DNA of 64,000 nucleotides, from IMG/VR virus record IMGVR_UViG_3300005590_000001, positions 1 to 64,000 of that record, one strand, 5' to 3'. The position numbers and the translations under genes were made by a program. This stretch comes from a virus. Shown here in pieces: positions 30,968-39,588 of the stretch (positions are counted from its first letter, which is position 1; the number at the start of each line of letters is the position of its first letter). The notes beneath the pieces were generated by a model. The model had not been told where the DNA came from, did no database searches, and saw only the letters and a list, made by a program, of their open reading frames with translations.

Positions 30968-32512
30968 CTATCTCTCACGTTTGGGTTTAATAACTCCACT
31001 TTTCTTTTCATAAAACTCCACATCATCATGACCCTTGCGTTTACTGAGAAGATCAAAAATTTCTATTTCAGATACTGGCCGAATTTCTTTCCAGATTCTA
31101 TAAATAGTTTCCGGAGATACTTCTGTTGAACGACGCTCAGGCCAAATCGCATCTAAGGTTTCTTCGCGTTGATCGTGGCAATTGCCAGTGAGTACAACCT
31201 TACCATTTCTACGCATCAAAAAGTTTCCATTATTACACTTAATGCACCAAAATTTTTGGTTATCTACACGTCGAGAATTAAATCTATTTTTTAGATTTGT
31301 AATATCTACTCTGGTTTTATCTTTGGAAACAGATAATTGATATTGAATATTTTTTGTAAATCCAGTACCTTCTCTGCTATATTTAGTTGCTCCGCAACCA
31401 TTAGTTACCGCTGCATGTTGCAGAATATCAATCTCTTCTTCTTTAGCTGAATAAATTATAACACCACCCGAGTCGGTAAAACAACCGTCTGAGTGCCCAT
31501 ATGCTTCTAATATCGCTTCAAATTGAGATCTTTTTACAAAAGCTAATTTAGGATCTAAACCTTTGATTTTATATTGCAAGATGTTTTCCGGAATATAAAA
31601 GTTAAAACTTGTATAATTCTTTTTGTTTTTAGTTTTAAAAATTATTCCATTATTTTTAAGTACATATTCAATATAATCTTTTTTATACTGCTTCGAAACT
31701 CTAATACGACATAGGTTTGTTTCTGTTTTAATAGAACCATCTGCTGCAATTAAAATCAGTAACTTTAATTCGGCGTCAGTTAAATCTACAGAAGATGTCC
31801 AATCGTGACCACAACGCGCCACAGTGGGTCTAGACTGTTGAAAAAAGTCTTTAGCTTCTGTAAACACCATCCGATCATCATTATTAAATGAAACACATCG
31901 ATGTTTATCAGTAAAGCACATACTCATGGATGGAGAATCAAATTGATATACATCTCCAGAGTATAAAATTTCTATAATATCATTAACAGTATCATCTACA
32001 AGATTACCATGTTCATCCATAGAGTAAATTTCTTCACCGATGAATAGTTCATATCTCGTTTTCCATCCGCGTTTCGTAAGAATTTCAGTTTGCATATCCA
32101 TGCAATGACCGTATAAATGGTAAGATTCACGATGAGAAGCTGGCCAATAAGCATGTGGATAATGACTTAAGAAACAACGAGCATCACATATCTGAATATC
32201 CATTGTATCCTTAACCATGCCCTGTCCCCATACTTCTTCGCAAGCTTTCCAACTTGGATCATGATTACCTTTGATCAGGAAGTATTGTACACCAGACTTA
32301 AGTTGACTTCTAAACTTGCCAGCGTGTCTGAAAGAGAAATCGCCGAGCAAATATAGAATATCACCTCTATTAATAGTAGAATTAATTTGACCAATTATAA
32401 AAGTTTGCCAAGCATTAATATCTTTAAAGAAGGGATGATCCCCCATAACACCACGTCGTACAGGTAGAAGCACATCGTGGTCAATATGAACATCACTTAA
32501 GAACCATTTCAT
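30968..32512 (-). CDS. Calcineurin-like metallophosphoesterase with an intein
   Basis: SDVH, LGD, GNHD, SHYP, LYGH|CH motifs. Confidence 0.88.
   Translation of the reverse strand: MKWFLSDVHIDHDVLLPVRRGVMGDHPFFKDINAWQTFIIGQINSTINRGDILYLLGDFSFRHAGKFRSQLKSGVQYFLIKGNHDPSWKACEEVWGQGMVKDTMDIQICDARCFLSHYPHAYWPASHRESYHLYGHCMDMQTEILTKRGWKTRYELFIGEEIYSMDEHGNLVDDTVNDIIEILYSGDVYQFDSPSMSMCFTDKHRCVSFNNDDRMVFTEAKDFFQQSRPTVARCGHDWTSSVDLTDAELKLLILIAADGSIKTETNLCRIRVSKQYKKDYIEYVLKNNGIIFKTKNKKNYTSFNFYIPENILQYKIKGLDPKLAFVKRSQFEAILEAYGHSDGCFTDSGGVIIYSAKEEEIDILQHAAVTNGCGATKYSREGTGFTKNIQYQLSVSKDKTRVDITNLKNRFNSRRVDNQKFWCIKCNNGNFLMRRNGKVVLTGNCHDQREETLDAIWPERRSTEVSPETIYRIWKEIRPVSEIEIFDLLSKRKGHDDVEFYEKKSGVIKPKRER
31181..32104 (-). 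mobile_element. Cis intein with a LAGLIDADG-like domain in the phosphoesterase
   Basis: CMDMQTEILTKRGW start, TDKH, IAADG and YGHSDG, FWCI...RRNGKVVLTGN|C end. Confidence 0.9.
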
Positions 32513-32514
32513 TA

Positions 32515-33402
32515 TTAAAATTCCACATAAGGATTAGCAACGGAAATTATATTCGGCATTTTTAGATCATGCCAACAACGAATCATTTGCGGCCGATCAT
32601 CAACCACTGCACACACATTGTACTTAGGACTTACAGAAGAAAAGAGCAATTCGGTTTTTATAATCGAGTCTCGGCGATTATCTCCGGCAGCTCTCATGAA
32701 TAGATCGCTATACTCAATGTAATTATCTTTTAACCACCGTTCTGTCTCTGATCTTGCGGCCGAATCTCTACCGCTGAGTAATACCACCTGATAATTTCTA
32801 GTTATGGCTAATGATGCAACCATATCAATAATAGTATCTCGTGGCTTATCATTGTAAACCTTATCCCACTCAAACGGCTTTCTATTATGCATCTCCGCAA
32901 TAGTGCCGTCAATATCACAGATAATACATGATGGCAAATCTTTGTTAGGTTTGTAAAATTTATATCGGCCATCTTCAGACAGATATTTAAGCCACTGTCC
33001 CCATTGCCTATACAAAACTTGAGGACCAACGCCATTTGTCCGCGCCGTATCCCTTTTCTGTGCTTCCTCTAATTTAATGGGAAATTCTTTAATGGATACT
33101 TCGTATCCAAGAGATTGTAGTTTTGAAATCAACGATTTGCGGGAACCACTATGTAAATTAGTATCTGATATGACAATATCTTTTTGTATAACAGAACAAT
33201 GCTCAACTATCTTAAGATTAACGGCTGTAACAAAATTTTCCACAGAAGATTTAAATTTGTAAGTTGACCAATCTTTATGGCCAAACAAAGTAAATCTCAT
33301 ATTATCACGATTAATATTTATCGCACCTGTCTTACGACAATGCTCATCAGCCCATGTGCTTTTTCCAGAAGCACTAATTCCTACTGTCAGTATTGCTTTC
33401 AT
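32515..33402 (-). CDS. pseT: T4-type polynucleotide 5'-kinase/3'-phosphatase
   Basis: GISASGKST P-loop with NRD; DIDGT HAD motif; SGR; DDR. Confidence 0.92.
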   Translation of the reverse strand: MKAILTVGISASGKSTWADEHCRKTGAININRDNMRFTLFGHKDWSTYKFKSSVENFVTAVNLKIVEHCSVIQKDIVISDTNLHSGSRKSLISKLQSLGYEVSIKEFPIKLEEAQKRDTARTNGVGPQVLYRQWGQWLKYLSEDGRYKFYKPNKDLPSCIICDIDGTIAEMHNRKPFEWDKVYNDKPRDTIIDMVASLAITRNYQVVLLSGRDSAARSETERWLKDNYIEYSDLFMRAAGDNRRDSIIKTELLFSSVSPKYNVCAVVDDRPQMIRCWHDLKMPNIISVANPYVEF

Positions 33403-33814
33403 TTCGTTTACGTTCTTCCATCTTTCTTTTTACACATGTACGAATATCGGCGTTAACCGCTCGTAAATTATTATTTGCTAATTGCATTTTAATAAACGTC
33501 ATATTCTGACGCATATCTCCATACATTTTTTCTGTGGGTACTAACTTCATTAGATTATCAAGAGTTAGCCGTGGAGTAACAAATTCTTGAATCAAGTTAG
33601 ATTGACGCCTTTTCTTGTTATCATTGCCACGTTCAGCATCAATCATTAATTTCTGTGAAAGAATTTTAGCTTGAGTTCTAATATTAACTGTAGTAATCTG
33701 TGATAATGTATTAATATTATCTAAAAGAGATTGATATGCTTGCATAGCTTCAATATTACGAGTGTGTTTTGCTTTATTTAAATTTGAAAATATTTCTTGA
33801 ATTAAAACATTCAT
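33374..33814 (-). CDS. Helical protein, weak YqeY-like resemblance
   Basis: LIQEI...AKHTRN..AMQAYQSLL pattern; paralog-like to 50178-50567. Confidence 0.35.
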   Translation of the reverse strand: MNVLIQEIFSNLNKAKHTRNIEAMQAYQSLLDNINTLSQITTVNIRTQAKILSQKLMIDAERGNDNKKRRQSNLIQEFVTPRLTLDNLMKLVPTEKMYGDMRQNMTFIKMQLANNNLRAVNADIRTCVKRKMEERKRNESNTDSRN

Positions 33815-34353
33815 TTTATATAACCCTTATTTTTTCGACATCGATCACAGTATGTAAATCTTCGTGCTTTAAGAATATCATCACAATCTTTGCATCTTTT
33901 AATCATTAAATGCATTGTTACACCAGTTGCATCATACATATCACAATTAACCATAAATTGGTGTAACGCATCAGATATCATAGTCGGCGGAATTTCATTC
34001 GCTTCAAATCTATTATTAATAATACCTTTATATTGACCCCAACAGACAATATCAAAACGATCGCTGCCAGCCCTAAATTCAATATGAGGATGATAATATT
34101 TAGACGTGGGTAAAGTTTTAATCTTTCCTAAAAAGATATGCTTACCCCTATAAGTTTGTGACGGAACAATAAATAGATTTACAGTTGTAGGAAAAGTTCT
34201 ACCCTGTATTTCAAATTTGAATGTTTTTCTTTTTGAGAGATTGAAAGAATTTCTACCATCATTAAAAGACCAGCCCTCGTTTAAGAGGGCCTCTATGTCT
34301 TTTTCCCATTTTTTAATTAATTCTTTATGTTCTTTTCGCATTTTTCTTTCCAC
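33811..34353 (-). CDS. E2 (UBC)-like protein with a C-terminal Zn finger
   Basis: YHPHI...IVCWG catalytic-like motif; CKDC/CDRC. Confidence 0.6.
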   Translation of the reverse strand: MERKMRKEHKELIKKWEKDIEALLNEGWSFNDGRNSFNLSKRKTFKFEIQGRTFPTTVNLFIVPSQTYRGKHIFLGKIKTLPTSKYYHPHIEFRAGSDRFDIVCWGQYKGIINNRFEANEIPPTMISDALHQFMVNCDMYDATGVTMHLMIKRCKDCDDILKARRFTYCDRCRKNKGYIK

Positions 34354-34603
34354 GAAATCTACGTTGGTAATAGGGTCTATCTACCATTACAGAAAATCCT
34401 GCAAAGTTTTGCAACTCAGGCTTCCCATCCCATTTTTCTTTATAAACAGGAGGCCAGTGTAGATTAAAAACTACTTGTAAAGTTCGAACATCATCCAGAT
34501 TTGCTTTCCCCATTTCTAAATGGTTAAGAAAATCAACAAGCCAATCATCATAATCGGCAATAATAGTTGAGTTCTTATCAAATCTAATCTTAATTTTCTT
34601 CAT
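34325..34603 (-). CDS. Hypothetical protein within the Ubl module
   Basis: Coupled between the E1 and an E2-like gene. Confidence 0.55.
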   Translation of the reverse strand: MKKIKIRFDKNSTIIADYDDWLVDFLNHLEMGKANLDDVRTLQVVFNLHWPPVYKEKWDGKPELQNFAGFSVMVDRPYYQRRFRGKKNAKRT

Positions 34604-35286
34604 TACTTCTTACCTTTGTTATCGTCTTCAAATTTAAGTTCTTCAAACAAACCAATCGGCAGATGAATTAGGAAATTCTTAAGAACATAACGGCCCATTA
34701 CGGCAGAAGTAAATTGTGAAACAAGCATAGATGCGGCAATATTTGCTCCATGTTTGATCATGGGGTTATGACAACCACCAGTATTTTGTACAGCTTTATC
34801 ACTATAGAAAGTATTGGCGTAACCTTCTTTTGATTCGTCGTCTACCAAAGCGAAAGTACGAATCTGTTCGCCAGCTACACGACTATCAAAGATAAATTTA
34901 GCCTTGTCTTTATAGAACTTGTAAAGCTTTTCTCTCATACTGAAAGTATCAACACACATGAAGAGAACATCATAAGAATCTTTATGGGGTCGCCACCTAT
35001 CATTGATATGTTTAATTTCAATATTTGGATTAATAGAATGCATTTCTTCCGCAGTACATTCAACTTTAGGTCTACCAATATCGGCAGTTTTATAACCCTG
35101 CGAAGTACAGTTGTGTTCCTCAACTGTATCAAAGTCATAAATTGTAATACTACCAACACCGTTGGCGGCAATTGTGCGTGCGATTTCTCGACCAACAGCC
35201 CCGACACCAACAATTAAAGCTTTAGTTTTGCTAACAATATCTTGATCAATAATTTCAGATTGACGAGAGTAACGATCATCAGACAT
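34603..35286 (-). CDS. ThiF/E1-like ubiquitin-like activating enzyme
   Basis: RYSRQ, GVGAVG, DFDTVEEHN, CVD, DSR, candidate catalytic Cys in GGCH. Confidence 0.9.
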   Translation of the reverse strand: MSDDRYSRQSEIIDQDIVSKTKALIVGVGAVGREIARTIAANGVGSITIYDFDTVEEHNCTSQGYKTADIGRPKVECTAEEMHSINPNIEIKHINDRWRPHKDSYDVLFMCVDTFSMREKLYKFYKDKAKFIFDSRVAGEQIRTFALVDDESKEGYANTFYSDKAVQNTGGCHNPMIKHGANIAASMLVSQFTSAVMGRYVLKNFLIHLPIGLFEELKFEDDNKGKK

Positions 35287-36392
35287 TATACAACTCCTTC
35301 ATAACCAAGTTCTTGAACTTCTTTAATATATTGCTCAAGAGCTTTTTGTAAAAAGTTAGGACGAACTTTATATTTACCACAGATATATGACTGCTTTAAC
35401 GGTGTTAATTCGTTAAAGACACATTTCAAACCACGGTAAACCTCTGGATGATCATCCATAATTATAGAACAATCATGATCATCAAACTTAGATTCAATGT
35501 TTGTCATATTTCTAAACATTCTGACCACTTCATTTTTTGGATGACTATAAAGTGTATCAAAATATTTATAATCAGCTTTATTTAATTGACACTTCTTTTC
35601 GGTAAGAAGACGTAAAGCAATTCGCCGACTGATAATTTCTTTTTTATCCTCAGCTTCTGGAATTGTTGCCCCGTTACTTATTGGGTAATAACCAGCATTA
35701 TGACTGTTAGGTTGATAATGTCCTACAACCCTACCAGTACCAATATTGTGATTGTATTGCTTTTTTCTGACACACTCTTTTAACTCTTTTAACCAATTGT
35801 CATGAAAAGCTTTATATTGTGAGAGAAATGACTCTTCAATATAAGAAATATTATATTGTTGAGCAGCTTCTTCAAGATCAAAAATGTATGAAGTTGGAAC
35901 AATCCAATTACCAACTATTACTTTTGCAGATTCAAGAGTTTGCTTTTGTCCAAGACGAGAGTCATACATAGTACGACAATAGTCTTTATTCTTTTTTGCC
36001 ACAATATACATGCAAGCGAAATCAGCATCCTCTTTAATTTTCTTAAAGTTATCCTCATCTACATTTGAAGGATTGGGAGATTCTCCGGGATGAGTATGAA
36101 TCCAAATACGTGAGAATGTAATAGGGTCCATTTTGTCATCGAACATACGAGCTTCTCGCCAATCAGTATATTCTTTCTCAAGAAATTCTGTATTGCCGCC
36201 GGTACATTCTTGGGGTACACACAAAACATCTACAACTCGGTGTATATCATCCTCACTATTTTTAGAAATTCCCATAAGAGATACTTCTAAAAATGATTCT
36301 GATTTTTCTCCACCACCCTGAACATTTTTTTCAATACAATTATCACGAAAGAATAAAACTTTCGCGAAAGCTTTTTCATCAAAAATAATCAC
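35286..36392 (-). CDS. JAB/MPN metallopeptidase with a C-terminal extension
   Basis: LEV (catalytic Glu), PQEC, WIHTHP...PSNVD JAMM motif. Confidence 0.88.
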   Translation of the reverse strand: MIIFDEKAFAKVLFFRDNCIEKNVQGGGEKSESFLEVSLMGISKNSEDDIHRVVDVLCVPQECTGGNTEFLEKEYTDWREARMFDDKMDPITFSRIWIHTHPGESPNPSNVDEDNFKKIKEDADFACMYIVAKKNKDYCRTMYDSRLGQKQTLESAKVIVGNWIVPTSYIFDLEEAAQQYNISYIEESFLSQYKAFHDNWLKELKECVRKKQYNHNIGTGRVVGHYQPNSHNAGYYPISNGATIPEAEDKKEIISRRIALRLLTEKKCQLNKADYKYFDTLYSHPKNEVVRMFRNMTNIESKFDDHDCSIIMDDHPEVYRGLKCVFNELTPLKQSYICGKYKVRPNFLQKALEQYIKEVQELGYEGVV

Positions 36393-36394
36393 TA

Positions 36395-37288
36395 TTAGTT
36401 ACCTTTTCGACAACTAGTACAGATGCTTTTCTCCGCACCTTTAGGAGTACGCACACCAACTGTACGTTTTTCACAAGTCTCACACACACTTAAGAAATGA
36501 GACAGATGAGGATATCCTGTGTGCTCATCTATATTCATTCCACTATTCACACATTTTTCACACAACCTAACATTAGATGTTGCACATGCAACAAATTCAT
36601 CTACTGGCCTAAGATCACCACATTCTTGACACTCATAACCAACCCATTTTGCAATTGGAGAATGAGCACCTTCTCGCCGACCAAGATTTTCATCCCCGCC
36701 GTATTTAGTAAGAACTTTTAATACTATATCAAAAGCATCTCCTAAGCGACAATTGGATGCAAATTTTTCGTACATTTTTCTGAAATCACCAAGACATAAA
36801 TTGTATGCTCCATTTACATAGGGATGAAACATACCATCCTTTTCAGTATTGTTTTCAGCTGGAACAACCTTGACGTGATTTTCACCTAAAGTACTGTAAC
36901 CAAAAATCATACTAATATCAAACTTACCGAAGTCAAAACTTTCTCCGGATACTACATCTTCCATAATGATATGTTTAGAACGTACTTTGAACAAGTTAGT
37001 ACGCACGCTTCTAATTCTTGTACAGTTTTCTCTAATGTAATTTAACTGATTTTCAATTTCATCATCAGTTAAAAACATTGATCGGCTTAATACATTTTGG
37101 AGATGATACATAGCATCTCTATTCGGAAGAGATTCTGCTAATATAGATAATGCCCCAATAAGCTCATCCATATTATTAACATCTGGTTTACGAATAGTTG
37201 CGAGTCTATCAAAATCAATTGTTTTAAAATGACGAAATTCGTTTCTATATACAGCTATGTGATCTTTTAAAATATCTTCTACTGCCAT
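36395..37288 (-). CDS. Prokaryotic E2-like protein with multiple C-terminal Zn fingers
   Basis: FHPYV...NLCLGD followed by helices; CQEC, CEKC, CETC, CTSC. Confidence 0.75.
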   Translation of the reverse strand: MAVEDILKDHIAVYRNEFRHFKTIDFDRLATIRKPDVNNMDELIGALSILAESLPNRDAMYHLQNVLSRSMFLTDDEIENQLNYIRENCTRIRSVRTNLFKVRSKHIIMEDVVSGESFDFGKFDISMIFGYSTLGENHVKVVPAENNTEKDGMFHPYVNGAYNLCLGDFRKMYEKFASNCRLGDAFDIVLKVLTKYGGDENLGRREGAHSPIAKWVGYECQECGDLRPVDEFVACATSNVRLCEKCVNSGMNIDEHTGYPHLSHFLSVCETCEKRTVGVRTPKGAEKSICTSCRKGN

Positions 37289-37299
37289 TAGTGAATCCT

Positions 37300-37339
37300 A
37301 AAAAGAAAACAAAGACGGGTATTTGCATACCCGTCTTTG
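37300..37339 (-). terminator. Intrinsic terminator/attenuator after the Ubl gene
   Basis: Perfect 13-bp stem CAAAGACGGGTAT/ATACCCGTCTTTG with a U-rich tail on the minus strand. Confidence 0.85.
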
Positions 37340-37355
37340 AGATACGACAGAAAGA

Positions 37356-37970
37356 CTACTCTGCAGAAGTCTTCCACACATCAGATTTTGCGTCAGGAAC
37401 GCTACAGCCCATTCGAGCACAATAGTGTGATGCATCGCCCTTGAGACCAAGATAAGCGATTGCAGAAAACACATTGTAAACGTCAGGCTTAAGAAGCTGA
37501 GACAGAGCATAATTAGCCTCTGCACGCTGCTTATTCAGATCAGCAAGACGCTTCTCGGTAGCTTCAATCTCTCGGTTGAGAGAGCCAGAATCAGCCCGCA
37601 TCATACCAAGAACCTCAGCAACAACAGTCTTCTGAGCCTTACAAGCGGTTTCAAACTCTTCTTTCAAAACCTCACCGATAACACCGTCATTGATGGCAAG
37701 CTTACCTGCACCAAAATTGACAATGCTTTCGTAAGTCTTCGTTTGAAGAGCATCAACCTCATCAGCACCCTTCATATCACGCTGGGTAACAGTGATGATA
37801 TCACCATTGCCAAGAACCTGATCTTCAGCGGCATCCTGACGATTAACCCGAACAATAGAATTGCTGAAGTTAATACCCTGACCACTAACAAGCTTGCCAA
37901 CAGTCGTACCATCTTCAACATTCAGACCAACAGACGCACCAGTGGCCTTAACCAAGTTTACCCGAATCAT
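37356..37970 (-). CDS. Ubiquitin-like (ThiS/MoaD beta-grasp) domain fused to a C-terminal coiled-coil domain
   Basis: MIRVNLV...GTTVGKL...VRVN...VLGNGDIITVT..MKGA (aa 1-69), then about 135 aa of tail. Confidence 0.82.
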   Translation of the reverse strand: MIRVNLVKATGASVGLNVEDGTTVGKLVSGQGINFSNSIVRVNRQDAAEDQVLGNGDIITVTQRDMKGADEVDALQTKTYESIVNFGAGKLAINDGVIGEVLKEEFETACKAQKTVVAEVLGMMRADSGSLNREIEATEKRLADLNKQRAEANYALSQLLKPDVYNVFSAIAYLGLKGDASHYCARMGCSVPDAKSDVWKTSAE

Positions 37971-38017
37971 TTTAAACCTCCAATTGGAAAAAGGGGAAAA
38001 CTTAGAACTTACTCAAC

Positions 38018-38626
38018 TCAAGCAAGTTCTTTGCACACATTACAGACTTTGTCTTTTAAAATTACATCGTCGCACATTTCACAACGATTAACTTTAAAAA
38101 ATCTACCAAGTCCGTCTTTGATAGTTGCTTTTTGCAACATATCAATAATAATTTCTACACATAATCCTATATCATGTTTTTTTACAAGAGCATCTCTAAC
38201 ATGATGAGCAACACTACCCAAACACAAAAGAAGTTCTTTGCGGTGTGGATTTTCATGCGACATTTTATAAATGTTATAATGAGAACATCTTTCTTTATTG
38301 TTCGCATAATTAAAATCTATATTACCACCGGTTACAAACATTCCATGACGATGTGCTTGTAAAACTTTTTCAATATCAAAAAAGATTTTAAATTCACCAA
38401 AATTTAATTGTGTTACAGAACAGGTAATATTGCCAGTGTTAAATACAAAACCATAGACATCCTTTTTATATTCATGTCTAAAATAATAATCAATACCTCG
38501 TAATTCATTAATCCGTGTTAAGTGTCTAGCAAGATCATTAATTCTATAACCCGGTATCTTATCAGTTGGAAATCTATATAAGAAATCTTTTTTTGTTACT
38601 TTAATGCTTTCTGTATTAGTTTCCAC
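38018..38626 (-). CDS. E2-like protein with a C-terminal Zn finger
   Basis: FGEFKI, SHYNI...LLCLGS, CEMC/CNVC; same layout as 36395-37288. Confidence 0.6.
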   Translation of the reverse strand: METNTESIKVTKKDFLYRFPTDKIPGYRINDLARHLTRINELRGIDYYFRHEYKKDVYGFVFNTGNITCSVTQLNFGEFKIFFDIEKVLQAHRHGMFVTGGNIDFNYANNKERCSHYNIYKMSHENPHRKELLLCLGSVAHHVRDALVKKHDIGLCVEIIIDMLQKATIKDGLGRFFKVNRCEMCDDVILKDKVCNVCKELA

Positions 38627-39588
38627 TTGCGAGGCTGACCTTTCTTTTTACCATGTTCATACATCAAACCAGAAAATTTATTACGCATAGAAATAATTGG
38701 CGAAACTCGCGTAGATCCATTATCTACAAAAGGTCTATTAGATTTAGTTTCAGCACACCTTAAATCTCTTTCATCTTTCTGAGTCTTCCACCAAGGAACT
38801 TCAAGAACTTCAATTTCATTACTCATTATCTTCACCACAATTTGCAAGGAAAAATGCACGACCAAGAGCATGTTTCACGCCCTCTTTTTTAATGAACAAT
38901 TCATTAGGTCTACAAAAAGCTTCACCAACAAACTCTTTATCTCCTTTGCGTAAAATTACAGATGTAGAACCACCCTTATTGCTAAGAATTGGTTCTGTTA
39001 AATTATGTGTCTTACCCTTTTGATCAGTAATTCTTTCAATATAATTACGATAATGCCGTACGTATACTGACCATCCAAGTGCACGAACTTCTTCGACTGT
39101 CATTTTTTACACCTTTCTTTGGAAAGATTAGTAATCTCTTCTTCAAATTGACCAGATTCTTTTTCTGCAAGTTCTCTTTCTGCGGAAGTCATCTGTGTAA
39201 ATTTAACCATTTCTCTACAAGAATTCATTACATCTGTCATATCAAATAATTCGCCAGTCATAATTGCTATTTTATAGCAATCAAATGTTGGAGAAACAGC
39301 ACCAACACCGTCAATCTTTAATAGCATTCTAGCGTCATCTTCTCTAAATTTACGATTAGATATAATATAAAATGAATTAGGGGCTCTCATCCTCCGTACT
39401 TTTACTTGAAGTTTTAACATAATCACCTAACCTTTCACCCAACCAAAATAGAAATATAAACAGGGCGCAATATGATGCCGTGATAGATCCAGAGTTTATA
39501 CCGGCCGGTTCACCAAGTCGTATTGTTATATCACACCCTACAGGAATTAAACACATTGTAAAAAATAACAATGTTTGACATACGTTTT

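Noticed and set aside
37752-37763. DEVD caspase site right after the Ubl domain
   Set aside because: No caspase-like protease is in the window; JAB cleavage at the preceding Gly is the simpler explanation, so this is probably coincidence.
34603-37970. ThiF plus ThiS-like genes as thiamine or molybdopterin biosynthesis
   Set aside because: No thiG, moaE or cysteine desulfurase is nearby; the neighbours are JAB and E2-like genes.
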